Shown piece by piece: positions 19,430 to 30,636 of a DNA stretch of 64,000 nt; position 1 is the stretch's first letter; each line of letters starts with the position of its first letter. Under the pieces are notes generated by a model. That model did no database searches, was not told the DNA's origin, and worked only from the letters and a program-made list of their open reading frames with translations. This DNA is from Patescibacteria group bacterium (GTDB lineage Bacteria > Patescibacteriota > Minisyncoccia > JAHISW01 > Tagabacteraceae). The stretch covers positions 3,239-67,238 of the forward strand of contig JAHJQY010000019.1 in assembly GCA_018819015.1 (NCBI GenBank), in the 5' to 3' direction. The position numbers were made by a program, and so were the translations under genes.

Positions 19430-19963
19430 ATGAAAGTTTATCAAATCATAGTTGGACCACTGGAAACAAATTGTTATATTGTGGTTTACCCCGAGCGGAG
19501 TCGAGGGGAGCAGGGCCGAAGGGCGGTTATTGTAGACCCCGGCGACGACGCGGAGAAAATTATTAAAGTCGCGGAAGAAAATGATTTGAGGCCGAAAGGA
19601 ATTTTGTTGACCCATGCCCATTTTGACCACGTCGGCGCGCTGGAAGAAATAAAAAATCATTTCCAAATTAAGCTTATGTCCCCATCGACCTCCGAGGTCG
19701 ATGGATTGGAAATTATAAAAACGCCGGGGCATACGCCGGACGGCGTTTGTTTGGTGAATGAAAAAGAGGGGGTTATTTTTTCCGGTGACACTCTTTTCAA
19801 AAATTCCATCGGCCGGACGGATTTTCCTGGCGGAGATTACGAACAAATTAAAAAATCGTTGGCTAAAATAATGAAATATCCTGATCACTTTAAGGTTTAT
19901 CCCGGCCACGGGCCGGGGACGACGATAGGCGAGGAGCGAAAAACCAACCCATTTCTAAAATGA
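19430..19963 (+). CDS. MBL-fold metallo-hydrolase (glyoxalase II-like)
   Basis: LTHAHFDHVGALEEI (HxHxDH) and a later GHTPDG. The start is taken at MKVYQIIVG, with a TATAAT at 19415-19420. Confidence 0.8.
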   Translation: MKVYQIIVGPLETNCYIVVYPERSRGEQGRRAVIVDPGDDAEKIIKVAEENDLRPKGILLTHAHFDHVGALEEIKNHFQIKLMSPSTSEVDGLEIIKTPGHTPDGVCLVNEKEGVIFSGDTLFKNSIGRTDFPGGDYEQIKKSLAKIMKYPDHFKVYPGHGPGTTIGEERKTNPFLK

Positions 19964-20062
19964 TTGAAGTTCAACTTCAATCATTTGCATTTTGTGGGAG
20001 ACTGTGTTATTGTTGGTGAAATTGCATTTTGAAAATTAGTTTAAGGCAAGAAAGGAAATGGG

Positions 20063-20821
20063 ATGGCAAAAGAAAAACAAGTTCGATGTCCTCATTGTGG
20101 TTGTGTAGCCTATGGCGGCTCGGCCAAATGCCCGAGTTGTGGCGAGTATTTGTCCTGGGAGTCTAGGATAGTTTATTTACCAGCACTGGAACCAAAAAAA
20201 CTAATTATTTTTGATTTTGATGGAGTGTTGGTCACTGTTTCTTGGAAAGGACTTTTTGAGGCCAACAAGCAAGTTCTTTTCCACGCCGGAAAAGACTGGC
20301 GAGATTTTTTTCCCGATCTTGAAAGTTTCAAATTGTATTCAACCGATTGGCAAGAAAACAGGAAAAAATGGGGAATTGAAAATTCAGAGTTTTTAAATAA
20401 AATTTTCAATAATGTTTATGCCCCATACTCCGTATGTATTTCCGGGGTTGAGGAAATTTTGAAAAAATTATCAAAGAAATGCCAGTTGGCTATTTTGACA
20501 AACGGGCACAGAAGCAGGATTTTAATGTTGGGGAAAAACGTTCTGGGCCTTTTTAAAATTATTGTGGCGGCCAAGGATGTTAAGAAACTTAAACCTGATC
20601 CCGAAGGAATAAATCTGATTTTGGTTGAAACCGGATTTCAAAAAGATCAAGCTGTTATTGTTGGGGACCATCCGACAGATATCAAGGCTGGCAGGGCGGC
20701 CGGAATAAAAACCGCCGCCGTAGTTTGGGAGCATGGGTTAAGTGAAAGAAAAGACTTTCTTGATTGTTCACCTGATTTTTTCTTGGAGTCTCTCGATGAT
20801 TTGCCAAGCTTGGACTTTTAG
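20063..20821 (+). CDS. HAD-superfamily phosphatase with an N-terminal zinc ribbon
   Basis: CPHCG...CPSCG, then IFDFDGVLV (motif I), ILTNGHRSR, and VGDHPTDIKAGRAAG (motif III/IV). Confidence 0.75.
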   Translation: MAKEKQVRCPHCGCVAYGGSAKCPSCGEYLSWESRIVYLPALEPKKLIIFDFDGVLVTVSWKGLFEANKQVLFHAGKDWRDFFPDLESFKLYSTDWQENRKKWGIENSEFLNKIFNNVYAPYSVCISGVEEILKKLSKKCQLAILTNGHRSRILMLGKNVLGLFKIIVAAKDVKKLKPDPEGINLILVETGFQKDQAVIVGDHPTDIKAGRAAGIKTAAVVWEHGLSERKDFLDCSPDFFLESLDDLPSLDF

Positions 20822-20842
20822 ATATCGATTTTCGTAAAAATA

Positions 20843-20875
20843 AACCCCGCCGAATGGCGGGGTTGACATTTTTTG
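20843..20875 (+). terminator. Rho-independent terminator (AACCCCGCC-gaat-GGCGGGGTT ... T6)
   Basis: 9-bp GC stem plus a T-run after the stop of the HAD gene. Confidence 0.7.
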
Positions 20876-21083
20876 GGCGGAATGCTACGTTAGTTATCAA
20901 CAGTTTTTAGTTTGCGCTTTTTGATTTAAGGGTATAATATTAAATTTAAGGTGTTTTCCACCCCAAAATTTCAATAATATAATATTTAAAAACTGGCCCA
21001 TTAAATTAAGCGAAATGGGGTTTTTTGGTACTAATTTGTTTTTTCGTAAATATATAACTTCGATTTAGACAGCAAGGTAACTT

Positions 21084-24000
21084 ATGCTTATGCAAAAAAT
21101 TCGCGAGAAAAAATATTTTTCGAAATATAAAGAACCTTTTGCCGAGGCGCCCCACCTTGTTGACATTCAGCTCAATTCTTTTAATTGGTTTAAAAATGAA
21201 GGGCTTAAAGAATTATTTAAAGAATTTTCTCCCATTAAAGATTACAGCGAGAAAGAGTTTGATTTGGAGTTTGTTGATTTTTCCATCGGCGAACCGAAGT
21301 GCGACGAGTATCGCGCCAAGACTCACAGCATGTCTTACGAGGCGCCTCTTAAAGTCGTTGTCTGCCTCAAAAACAAAATAACCAAAGAAGAAAAAGAACA
21401 GGAAATTTTTTTGGCCGATTTGCCGTTAATGACAGACCACGGCACTTTTATTACAAATGGAGTGGAGCGCGTTATAGTTTCTCAACTGGCGCGCTCTTTT
21501 GGTGTTTATTTTACGATGAATGTTTTCAGGCGAAAGAAAAATTTCGGAGCCAAGATAATACCGAACCGGGGGGCTTGGATAGAAATAGAAACGGAATCGG
21601 ACAACGCGCTTTATGTGAGGATTGACAGGAAAAGAAAGGTGGCGGCCACGGCGTTTTTGCGCGCCTTCGGCTTATCCACGAATGAAGAAATTAAAAAAGC
21701 TTTCAGTCATATAAAACTGGGGGACATTGATTATATTAAAAATACGCTTGAAAAAGATGAATCAAAAAATTCCGACGAGGCCTTTATTGAAATTTTTAAG
21801 CGCATTAGGCCGGGAGAATTGGCGACCGCGAGCAACGCCCGAGATTTGCTTGAGGCCATGTTCAGCGAGGACAGGTATGATTTGTCTTTGGTTGGGAGAT
21901 ACAAGATCAATCAGCGGCTTGGTTTGCCCCTGAATAATATAAAGAACGAAAAAAGAATTGTCTCAAAAGATGACTTTGTGGCTATAATAACTGAAATCAT
22001 AAGAATGAATGACGACCCAAGCGCTCAGCGCGACGATATTGACCATTTGGGGAACAGGAGAATAAGAACCGTCGGCGAGATGCTGCAGGATCGTTTGCGT
22101 GTCGGTATGGCGAGAATGAAAAAAGCGATTCAGGACAGGATGTCCACCGAAGACGCAGAATTGGCGACGCCGAGCAAGATTATCAACGCTCGTCCTTTTT
22201 CGGCGATAGTGAAAGAGTTTTTTGCCACCAATCAGCTTTCTCAATTTATGGCCCAGGAAAATGTTTTATCGGAACTGGAACATTTGCGCCGATTGTCCGC
22301 GTTGGGACCGGGCGGTTTGACTCGCGAACGGGCGGGGTTTGAAGTCCGCGATGTTCATCCGTCGCATTATGGCCGTATTTGTCCGATTGAAAGCTCCGAG
22401 GGCCCCAACATTGGTTTAGTTGTTCATCTTTCTTCCTACGCCCGCATTAATGAATATGGGATTTTGGAAACGCCTTACCGCCGAGTTGAAAAAGGGAAAA
22501 TTACAAACGAAGTAGTTTATTTGGATGCCTTTGAGGAAAGCAAATATAATATAGCCCATTCCAGCGTTAATTATGACAAGAAAGGAAAACTGCTTGATGA
22601 TCAGGTTGAAGCGAGGATTGGCCTTCAGCCGGGCATTGTTTCTCGCGACAAGATAAATTTTATAGATGTTTCTCACCAGCAGGCCTTCAGCGTTGCCACT
22701 TCGTTGATTCCTTTTTTGGAGCATGACGATGCCAACAGGGCGCTGATGGGCTCAAATATGCAGAAACAGGCTGTGCCTTGCCTTAATCCCGAAGCGCCTT
22801 ATGTGGCGACCGGCTGGGAAGAGAAGGCGGCTCGCGACAGCGGCCGGCTTATTATTGCGAAGAATAGCGGCAAGGTAAAATATGTTGACGGCAGGAAAAT
22901 TATTGTTGGAGAAGATGAATATTCATTGGTAAATTTTATCAGGTCAAATGATTTTACTTTAATAAACCAAAGGCCGGCCGTTGACGTTGGAGAAGAAATC
23001 AAAAAAGGCGATGTTTTGGCTGACGCGAGCTCTACGCAGGGCGGCCAATTGGCGCTTGGAAAAAATATTTTGGTCGCTTTTTTCTCCTGGTTCGGCTCTA
23101 ATTTTGAGGATGCCATAATTATTTCCCGCCGTCTGGTTAAGCAGGATGTTTTTACTTCTGTTCATATTGAGGAGTTTTCCGTCAAGGTGCGCGATACTAA
23201 ATTAGGCCCTGAAATTACGACTTATGATATTCCGAATGTCGGGGAAGAAAAATTGAAAAATTTGGATGAAGATGGAATTATTTGTATAGGCGCCGAAGTG
23301 AAAGCGGGCGACATATTGGTTGGAAAAATTTCTCCAAAAGGAGAAGTTGAGCTGACGCCGGAAGAAAGATTGCTGAGGGCGATTTTTGGAGAGAAGGCGC
23401 GCGAAGTCAAAGATACTTCTCTTCGTTTGGAGCATGGAAAGAGCGGTCGGGTAATCAGCATTAAAATATTTTCCAGGGACAGAGGCGATAAACTTGAAAC
23501 GGGCGTGATAAAGGAAATTAAAATAGAGTTGGCGCAATTGAGAAAAGTTTCCGTCGGCGACAAATTGGCCGGCCGCCACGGCAACAAAGGAGTTATTTCC
23601 AAAGTTCTTCCGGTAGAAGATATGCCGTATCTGGAAGACGGCACCCCTGTTGATATTATTTTAAACCCATTGGGTGTTGCGGGGAGAATGAACTTAGGCC
23701 AGATTTTGGAAACCCATTTGGGATGGGCGGCGGAGCGTTTAAATTATCAGGCTATCACCCCTCCTTTTGCCGGCGTTACGGAGGAAGAGATAGGCAATGA
23801 ACTTGAAGCGGCCGGTTTGCCCAAAAAGGGAAAAGTTAAGCTTTTTGACGGCAGAACAGGCGAGCGATTTGAACAAGAGGTGGCGGTTGGCCAGATTTAT
23901 ATGCTTAAATTGACCCACATGGTTGAAGACAAGCTTCATATGAGGTCAATCGGCCCCTATTCTCTTATTACTCAGCAGCCATTGGGGGGCAAAGCGCAGG

Positions 24001-24254
24001 GCGGCGGTCAGCGTTTTGGGGAAATGGAAGTTTGGGCGCTTGAAGGTTATGGAGCCGCCCATACTTTACAGGAAATGATTACTATAAAATCTGACGATGT
24101 GCTTGGAAGAACCGGAGTTTTTGACGCGATTGTCAGAGGCGAGGATTTCAGGCATCCAAACATACCGGCGTCTTTTCATGTCTTAGTGAATGAATTAAAA
24201 AGTTTGGCGTTAAATGTAGTTTTAGAAAAAAGAGAAAAAGAAGATGAATACTAA
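21084..24254 (+). CDS. rpoB: DNA-directed RNA polymerase subunit beta
   Basis: N-terminal ...DIQLNSFNWF.., and GDKLAGRHGNKGVISK, NPLGV..RMNLGQ, ...HMVEDKLHMRS.GPYSLITQQPLGGKAQ.GGQRFGEMEVWALE..GAA. It is 1056 aa, a compact version. Confidence 0.95.
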   Translation: MLMQKIREKKYFSKYKEPFAEAPHLVDIQLNSFNWFKNEGLKELFKEFSPIKDYSEKEFDLEFVDFSIGEPKCDEYRAKTHSMSYEAPLKVVVCLKNKITKEEKEQEIFLADLPLMTDHGTFITNGVERVIVSQLARSFGVYFTMNVFRRKKNFGAKIIPNRGAWIEIETESDNALYVRIDRKRKVAATAFLRAFGLSTNEEIKKAFSHIKLGDIDYIKNTLEKDESKNSDEAFIEIFKRIRPGELATASNARDLLEAMFSEDRYDLSLVGRYKINQRLGLPLNNIKNEKRIVSKDDFVAIITEIIRMNDDPSAQRDDIDHLGNRRIRTVGEMLQDRLRVGMARMKKAIQDRMSTEDAELATPSKIINARPFSAIVKEFFATNQLSQFMAQENVLSELEHLRRLSALGPGGLTRERAGFEVRDVHPSHYGRICPIESSEGPNIGLVVHLSSYARINEYGILETPYRRVEKGKITNEVVYLDAFEESKYNIAHSSVNYDKKGKLLDDQVEARIGLQPGIVSRDKINFIDVSHQQAFSVATSLIPFLEHDDANRALMGSNMQKQAVPCLNPEAPYVATGWEEKAARDSGRLIIAKNSGKVKYVDGRKIIVGEDEYSLVNFIRSNDFTLINQRPAVDVGEEIKKGDVLADASSTQGGQLALGKNILVAFFSWFGSNFEDAIIISRRLVKQDVFTSVHIEEFSVKVRDTKLGPEITTYDIPNVGEEKLKNLDEDGIICIGAEVKAGDILVGKISPKGEVELTPEERLLRAIFGEKAREVKDTSLRLEHGKSGRVISIKIFSRDRGDKLETGVIKEIKIELAQLRKVSVGDKLAGRHGNKGVISKVLPVEDMPYLEDGTPVDIILNPLGVAGRMNLGQILETHLGWAAERLNYQAITPPFAGVTEEEIGNELEAAGLPKKGKVKLFDGRTGERFEQEVAVGQIYMLKLTHMVEDKLHMRSIGPYSLITQQPLGGKAQGGGQRFGEMEVWALEGYGAAHTLQEMITIKSDDVLGRTGVFDAIVRGEDFRHPNIPASFHVLVNELKSLALNVVLEKREKEDEY

Positions 24255-27200
24255 AACAACAGATTTTGATTCAATAACTTTAAAGCTCGCGTCTCCCGAG
24301 AATATTTTATCCTGGTCTCACGGCGAGGTTACCAAGGCGGAAACGATAAATTACAGAACTCAGCGGCCAGAGCGGGAGGGGCTTTTTGACGAGCGCATTT
24401 TTGGCCCTGAAAAAGATTATGAATGTTATTGTGGAAAATACAGGAGAATCAGGTATAAAGGGATTGTCTGCGAGAAGTGCGGCGTGGAAGTAACTCGTTC
24501 CGTTGTCAGGCGCGAAAGAATGGGGCACATCTCTTTGGCGGTCCCCGTTGCCCATATTTGGTTTTTGCGGGGAATTCCGTCAAGAATCGGCATGCTTCTG
24601 GATATGTCCATAGCCGATTTGGAAAGAGTTATTTATTTCGCCGGATATATAGTCACAAAAGTGAATGAAGAAGCGAAAAATGAAATTTTTTCCGCTTTCA
24701 AAAAAGAATATAAAATTAAATCTAAAAATCTTTCTTCAAAAGAAGATAAAACTAATTTAAAAAACGCGCTGTCTGCGGCCGAGAAAGAATTGCTAACTAT
24801 AGTTTTGCATAAAGTTTTAGATGAAACGGCTTACAGGCGGTTGAGCTTGAAATATGGCGAGGTTTTTGAGGCTGGTTCCGGCGCCGAGATTTTATACGAT
24901 ATATGCAAAAACATCAATTTAGAAGATTTGGCAAAACGGTTGGAAAAAGAATATGAAGATGCCAGTCCGCAAAATCGCAAAAAAATTCTTAAAAGAAGCG
25001 CTTTTGTAAAGTTAATGAATAAGTCAAACATAAGGCCGGATTGGATGTTTTTGAGCGTTCTTCCGGTTATGCCCCCCGCGTTGAGGCCGATGGTTCAGCT
25101 TGATGGAGGTCGGCACGCTACTTCCGATGTTAATGATTTGTACCGCAGGGTTTTGAACCGCAATAATCGCTTGAAGAAACTTTTGGATCTGAATGCCCCG
25201 TCGGTTATTGTTAAGAATGAAAAAAGAATGCTTCAGGAAGCGGTTGACGCTTTGGTGGATAATTCTATCAGGCGCGCGCAGGGCGCCGCTTTGAGCCAGT
25301 GGCAAAAGAGGCCTCTCAAATCTTTGGCGGATATGCTGCGCGGGAAACAGGGTCGGTTCAGGCAGAATCTTTTGGGCAAGCGCGTTGATTACTCGGGTCG
25401 TTCCGTGATTGTTGTCGGGCCGGAGTTAAAACTGGACCAATGCGGTCTTCCAAAACACATGGCGCTTGAACTTTTCCGGCCTTTTGTTATTTCCAAGCTT
25501 ATTAAAAAAGAATTGGCGTACAATATCCGCGGCGCCAATCGGCTGATAGACGAAAAAACCGATGACGTCTGGGAAATTTTGGAAGATGTTATCAAAGACA
25601 AGCACGTTCTTTTGAACCGCGCGCCGACGCTTCATCGTTTAGGCATTCAGGCCTTCAGGCCGATTCTTATAGGTGGCAAAGCGATAGAAGTGCATCCTCT
25701 TGTTTGTTCCGCTTTTAACGCCGACTTTGACGGCGATCAAATGGCGGTTCATGTTCCGTTGAGCAAGGAAGCGCAGGAAGAGGCAAGAGAGATTATGGCT
25801 TCCGTTAAAAATCTTTTGATACCGAGGACAGGGGAGCCGGTGGTGAATCCGTCGCAGGATATTGTTTTGGGCTGTTATTTTATGACCAGGATAAGAAAAG
25901 AGGCGAAAGGCGAAGGGAAATATTTTTCAAGTCCCAACGAGGCCATTAACGCTTATGATTTCGGGTTCGTAGATTTGCAGGCATTGGTCAAGGTTCTTGT
26001 GAAAGGTTCTAAAAAATTTAAGTCTTTTAAAGAAGGCATTATTGAAACGACCGTGGGGCGATTGCTTTTTAATAGCGTATTGCCTTCCGAGCTTGGTTTT
26101 ATAAATGAGGAATTTAATAAAAAGAAACTGGCGCAAACAGTGCAGGATTTGATCGCGCGGCTTGGCGTTGACGCCGCTCCTCCGATTTTGGATAAAATAA
26201 AGTCTTTTGGTTATGAGTATGCGACAAAATCCGGCATCTCCTGGGGGATGGGGGATTTGCGCGAGCCGGAAGAGAAGCCGGAAATATTGAAAGATGCCGA
26301 AAGCAGAGAGAGGGAAGTTTACAAGCAATATGAAGAAGGGCTCCTGTCTTCAGATGAACGCTATCAGAAATCAGTGGCAATTTGGCAGGAAGCAAAGACA
26401 AAAATTGAGGAACTTGTTCCTCTGGGGCTGGAAGAATTCGGACCTGTTTTTAGCATGGTTTCTTGCGCCGCCAGAGGTTCTTGGGGGCAGATAAACCAGA
26501 TGGCGGGAATGAAAGGCCTTGTTTCAAACCCGGCCGGAAAAATTATAGATTTTCCGATCCGTTCTTCTTATAAAAAAGGGTTAAGCGTTTTGGAGTATTT
26601 TATTTCAACTCACGGCGCGAGAAAAGGCACCGTCGACACGGCTTTAAAGACAGCCAAAGCGGGTTATTTGACAAGGCGGCTGGTTGATGTGGCGCAAGAC
26701 GTCATTATTACGGAAAGCGACTGTAAAGATAAAAAAGGTTTTTTAATAAAACGTCCGGACGAAGATTCTTTGGGAGAAAGTTTTTTTTCAAAAATAAGAG
26801 GCCGAGTGCTTATTAAAGAATTGAAATCGTTGGATAAATTTAAGCCCGGGCACTTGATTACAATTGAAGACGCCAAATTGATTGATGGATCCGGTGCGAA
26901 AGAAATTTATGTAAGGTCACCTTTGTCCTGTCGGTCAAAATGGGGTGTTTGCCAAAAATGTTACGGGTATGACCTGGGGGCTAATCAATTGGTAAAAATG
27001 GGCGAGGCGGTGGGCATTGTTGCCGCGCAGGCTATCGGCGAGCCGGGCACTCAGCTTACAATGCGCACTTTTCATACGGGCGGTGTTGCCACCAAGGGAG
27101 GCGATATTACTTTGGGTTTGCCTCGCGTTGAAGAGCTTTTTGAAATGAGAACGCCCGTTAATTCGGCCGTTATCAGCGAGTTTAACGGAGAGGTTTTAAA

Positions 27201-27882
27201 AATTAAAGAGGAAAATAATGGGGATAAAATTATTACATTGCTGCCCGATGAGCGGGAAAAAACAGGCAAAAAAACAGAAAGCAGAGAATATATTGTTCCT
27301 TTTGGAAAAAGAATTATTGTCGGCGCCGGGCAGAAAATAACGGCGGGGCAACCTTTGTCAGATGGTATGATTGACGTGCAGGAACTTTTTAAAGTTGCCG
27401 GCGGGGAGGCGGCGCAAGATTATATTTTAAAAGAGGTGGTCAGGGTTTACGCGATACAGGGCGTGTCTATAAGCAGTAAGCATTTGGAAATTATTATTCG
27501 CCAGATGTTTGCCCGTTTCAGGATTAAATCGCCGGGGGATACGATTTTAAATCAAGATAAAATTGTGGAAAAAGCGATTCTTTTGGAAGAAAACGAGCGC
27601 GTTAAGAAGTCTGGCGGCCGGGAGGCTGAAGCGAAACAGCTACTCATGGGGATAAGTAAAGTTTCTTTGTCCACGTCCAGTTTTCTTTCTGCGGCTTCTT
27701 TTCAGGATACAGCCAGAGTTCTTATTACTACCGCCACAGAGGGGAGGCGGGATATTTTGAGGGGGCTGAAAGAAAATGTGATAATCGGCCGTTTGATTCC
27801 GGCCGGTACCGGCTACAGGAAAGACTTGGAGAGCTTAAAAAAACCAACAAAAGAAGAAGAAATTAAAAATCCCCCCGCCTAG
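24244..27882 (+). CDS. rpoC: DNA-directed RNA polymerase subunit beta'
   Basis: Zn-finger [23 protein letters not shown], catalytic [14 protein letters not shown], and [15 protein letters not shown]. It overlaps the rpoB stop. Confidence 0.95.
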   Translation: MNTKTTDFDSITLKLASPENILSWSHGEVTKAETINYRTQRPEREGLFDERIFGPEKDYECYCGKYRRIRYKGIVCEKCGVEVTRSVVRRERMGHISLAVPVAHIWFLRGIPSRIGMLLDMSIADLERVIYFAGYIVTKVNEEAKNEIFSAFKKEYKIKSKNLSSKEDKTNLKNALSAAEKELLTIVLHKVLDETAYRRLSLKYGEVFEAGSGAEILYDICKNINLEDLAKRLEKEYEDASPQNRKKILKRSAFVKLMNKSNIRPDWMFLSVLPVMPPALRPMVQLDGGRHATSDVNDLYRRVLNRNNRLKKLLDLNAPSVIVKNEKRMLQEAVDALVDNSIRRAQGAALSQWQKRPLKSLADMLRGKQGRFRQNLLGKRVDYSGRSVIVVGPELKLDQCGLPKHMALELFRPFVISKLIKKELAYNIRGANRLIDEKTDDVWEILEDVIKDKHVLLNRAPTLHRLGIQAFRPILIGGKAIEVHPLVCSAFNADFDGDQMAVHVPLSKEAQEEAREIMASVKNLLIPRTGEPVVNPSQDIVLGCYFMTRIRKEAKGEGKYFSSPNEAINAYDFGFVDLQALVKVLVKGSKKFKSFKEGIIETTVGRLLFNSVLPSELGFINEEFNKKKLAQTVQDLIARLGVDAAPPILDKIKSFGYEYATKSGISWGMGDLREPEEKPEILKDAESREREVYKQYEEGLLSSDERYQKSVAIWQEAKTKIEELVPLGLEEFGPVFSMVSCAARGSWGQINQMAGMKGLVSNPAGKIIDFPIRSSYKKGLSVLEYFISTHGARKGTVDTALKTAKAGYLTRRLVDVAQDVIITESDCKDKKGFLIKRPDEDSLGESFFSKIRGRVLIKELKSLDKFKPGHLITIEDAKLIDGSGAKEIYVRSPLSCRSKWGVCQKCYGYDLGANQLVKMGEAVGIVAAQAIGEPGTQLTMRTFHTGGVATKGGDITLGLPRVEELFEMRTPVNSAVISEFNGEVLKIKEENNGDKIITLLPDEREKTGKKTESREYIVPFGKRIIVGAGQKITAGQPLSDGMIDVQELFKVAGGEAAQDYILKEVVRVYAIQGVSISSKHLEIIIRQMFARFRIKSPGDTILNQDKIVEKAILLEENERVKKSGGREAEAKQLLMGISKVSLSTSSFLSAASFQDTARVLITTATEGRRDILRGLKENVIIGRLIPAGTGYRKDLESLKKPTKEEEIKNPPA

Positions 27883-28357
27883 GCGGGGGGATTTGGGTTT
27901 GAGATGCTCTTATGTTGTAGATTTCTTTTGTGACTCGGGTCACATATAAGGCCGATCGATAATCTAATCTTGAATCACAGATAATAGTTTTTAGGGCTAA
28001 AATATTTTCTCTTAGATTGAGCCCGATAATTTTTTCTTCAAGCTCAAGCCGTTTTTCAAGATTGTTGTCGGGTGGAAGATTAAGGTCGTCTTTTTTAAGG
28101 GCGGAGTTTGTTATTAGAAATCTGATAAGTTTTACGGCTTCTTCTTCTTCCAATTCTTTATTTTTTATTTTACCAATTAAGGTCGCAACGATTTGAAATT
28201 GAGTATGTTTTTCCGCGACTTGCCGGATAAATTCTTTTTCTGCTTCCATTTTTCCCACTGGATCCACTGGGCACTGATTATCACAACTACAACCTTGTTT
28301 TTTGGCGGCTTGCTTTCTTTTTTCTTTTTCTGCAATAAAATCAAAAATTTCGGCCAT
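27863..28357 (-). CDS. Hypothetical protein (CxC..C motif near the N-terminus, helical)
   Basis: 164-aa ORF, co-directional with and 18 nt downstream of ORF 28375-28860. No recognisable family. Confidence 0.45.
   Translation of the reverse strand: MAEIFDFIAEKEKRKQAAKKQGCSCDNQCPVDPVGKMEAEKEFIRQVAEKHTQFQIVATLIGKIKNKELEEEEAVKLIRFLITNSALKKDDLNLPPDNNLEKRLELEEKIIGLNLRENILALKTIICDSRLDYRSALYVTRVTKEIYNIRASQTQIPPPRRGDF
27867..27897. terminator. GC-rich hairpin (AATCCCCCCGCC-tag-GGCGGGGGGATT) between convergent rpoC and the minus-strand genes
   Basis: 12-bp perfect stem. The minus-strand ORF 27863-28357 reads through it, encoding ..IPPPRRGDF. Confidence 0.55.
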
Positions 28358-28374
28358 GTTTTTCTCCCCTTGGT

Positions 28375-28860
28375 TTATATTGGCAGTTTATTAATTTCGC
28401 CGGCCAGATTTATTATGTTTTCAATATCGTTTTTATCAACAGGCGGAGGCTTGCCCGATAATCGTTCTAAAAATAGATTTAAAATGCTGTTTAACACCGA
28501 AAAGAAAATAGGCAAATAATCCTTACTGTCCCCGGATACGTTTTTTACTAGTTCCGCTGTTGTTTGAACCAGCAAATCGGCAACATACTCCGGCGTCATT
28601 TTTTCTTCTATTATTTCATCTGTATCGGCGGAAATTTCGTGTTTTTGTTTTAGTAAATAAATAACCATTGATGCGGTTGCTTCCAAAATTTCTTGCCCGG
28701 AAGGCTTTCTTAGTCTTGGCGGAATAATTAATGCGACAATTTCAATATTTTCTCCCAATATAAAAGATATTTTTTCTTTTATATTTTTAAATAATTGTTC
28801 AAAAAAACTATTTTCATCCAGCCCGCACAAATCACACATAATTTTCTCCTTGATTTTCAA
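28375..28860 (-). CDS. Hypothetical protein (N-terminal CDLCG motif)
   Basis: 161-aa ORF divergent from dnaG. No recognisable family. Confidence 0.45.
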   Translation of the reverse strand: MKIKEKIMCDLCGLDENSFFEQLFKNIKEKISFILGENIEIVALIIPPRLRKPSGQEILEATASMVIYLLKQKHEISADTDEIIEEKMTPEYVADLLVQTTAELVKNVSGDSKDYLPIFFSVLNSILNLFLERLSGKPPPVDKNDIENIINLAGEINKLPI

Positions 28861-28932
28861 TGTAAGTTGCGTTTAGTATGTCACATTATTCTGTTTGTTG
28901 CAAGACCGATTTTGAGATAAAATTAAGACAAT

Positions 28933-30636
28933 ATGTCCTCTCCGGTTGAACAAATAAAACAGCGGCTAACAGTTGAAGATGTGGTTGGCTCCTGTATCAA
29001 GCTCCAAAAGGCAGGCGCTAATTACAGGGCCTGTTGTCCTTTTCATTCCGAGAAAACTCCCTCTTTTTATGTTTCGCCGACACGCGAGATTTGGCATTGT
29101 TTCGGGTGCAACCGCGGGGGAGATATTTTTGAGTTTATAAAACAAATTGAAGGGGTTGAATTTCCGGAAGCGCTCAGGCTTCTGGCGGATCGCGCCGGCG
29201 TTACGCTCACGCGCCAGAATTTGGAATTCAGAAACGAAAGAATTCGCTTGCTTGATTTGACGAAAGAAGCAACTTTTTTTTATCAAAAGAAATTGGCGGA
29301 AAACAAAGATGCCTTGAGCTATCTTTGGAAGCGCGGGTTAAAAAATGAAACTTTAAAAGATTTTAATATTGGCTTTGCTCCGCCCGAGGCGGACGGATGG
29401 CGTTTTCTTTTTAATTATTTAAAAGGCCGGGGCTATTCGGCCGTCGAAATGGAGAAGGTCGGCTTGGCAGTAAAAAAAGAAAATGATTATTACGACAGAT
29501 TTAGGGGGAGAATAATGTTTCCTCTTAAGGATGCTTCGGGGAGGGTCGTCGGTTTTTCCGGCCGGATTTTTAATGTTAAGGAGGTCGAACCTCCTTTGGG
29601 AGGCTCAATCTCGGCCAAATACATCAATACGCCGCAGACGATTCTTTATGACAAATCTAGAATTCTTTATGGCTTTGACCGCGCCAAAACAGAGATAAGA
29701 AAAAAAGATAAATGTGTTTTAGTGGAAGGGCAGATGGATGTTTTAATGTCTCACCAAGCGGGAGTGCAGAACACGGTGGCGGTTTCAGGCACGGCGCTTA
29801 CTCTCCAGCATTTGGATGTTATCAGGCGGCTCACAAACAATCTTTCCATGGCTTTTGACAATGACGAGGCTGGTTTGCAGGCGGCCAAAAGAAGCATAGC
29901 CTTAGGCCTTGAAAATGGTTTTGAGGTGCGGGTCGTTTCTTTGTTTGCCGGCAAAGATCCGGCTGATGCGATTTTGGAGAATTCTGAGAACTGGATTGAG
30001 GCGGTTGAAAAAGACGAGCACATAATAGATTTTTATTTAAAGTTTTTGAAAGACAGGCACAAAGAGGATGAGAGGCGTTTTAAGCTGGAGGTGGAGAAAA
30101 GCGTGCTGCCTTATATTTTTTCTATTCAAAGCGAGATAGAGAGGAGTCATTGGATAAAAAAAATAGCAAAACAGCTTGATGTTAAAGAAGCGGCAATTTT
30201 AGAAGGGCTTAAAAGAATTAAGATTCCAGCCAGTCGTTCCGGCGGCAATTCGGATAAAAAAAATATTCTTAAAAGGTCCCAGTTGCTGAAAGAAAAACTT
30301 GCCGGTATCGTTTTTTGGAAGTCTCTTGATAAAATTCGGGACAAGTCCCTTGTCCCCGACATTGTTAAAAAGTTTATATCGGAGATTGCGAGAAATATCA
30401 AAAAAGAGGAAAAAGAAAAACTGGCTTTTGAGGCCGAGCTTTATTATAGCGGTTCTCAAGACATTGAAAAAGAAATTACTCACTTGGCCAAGGAATTAAA
30501 AAAAGAAATTGTGAAAGAAGGACTTGAAAGTTTGTCGGAAGAGGTGCAAAAACTTGAAGCCGGAGGAGAAACAGAAAAACTTGGACAAAAAATGGCCGAA
30601 TTTCAGAATCTTAGCAAACAATTGTATGATTGTTAA
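28933..30636 (+). CDS. dnaG: DNA primase
   Basis: Zn-binding CPFHSEKTPSFYV..WHCFGC, RNA-polymerase core, and TOPRIM (VLVEGQMDVL...DNDEAG). Confidence 0.9.
   Translation: MSSPVEQIKQRLTVEDVVGSCIKLQKAGANYRACCPFHSEKTPSFYVSPTREIWHCFGCNRGGDIFEFIKQIEGVEFPEALRLLADRAGVTLTRQNLEFRNERIRLLDLTKEATFFYQKKLAENKDALSYLWKRGLKNETLKDFNIGFAPPEADGWRFLFNYLKGRGYSAVEMEKVGLAVKKENDYYDRFRGRIMFPLKDASGRVVGFSGRIFNVKEVEPPLGGSISAKYINTPQTILYDKSRILYGFDRAKTEIRKKDKCVLVEGQMDVLMSHQAGVQNTVAVSGTALTLQHLDVIRRLTNNLSMAFDNDEAGLQAAKRSIALGLENGFEVRVVSLFAGKDPADAILENSENWIEAVEKDEHIIDFYLKFLKDRHKEDERRFKLEVEKSVLPYIFSIQSEIERSHWIKKIAKQLDVKEAAILEGLKRIKIPASRSGGNSDKKNILKRSQLLKEKLAGIVFWKSLDKIRDKSLVPDIVKKFISEIARNIKKEEKEKLAFEAELYYSGSQDIEKEITHLAKELKKEIVKEGLESLSEEVQKLEAGGETEKLGQKMAEFQNLSKQLYDC

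Noticed and set aside
19487-19560. GC-rich in-frame segment (CCCCGAGCGGAGTCGAGGGGAGCAGGGCCGAAGGGCGG) inside the MBL hydrolase gene, considered as another inserted mini-hairpin
   Set aside because: No clear inverted repeat and no similarity to the REP family. It falls in a loop that is naturally variable in glyoxalase-II-like enzymes.
21139-27269. Numerous short ORFs in alternative frames or antisense within rpoB, rpoC and other long genes
   Set aside because: They are overlapped completely by strongly supported conserved genes, with no independent signals.
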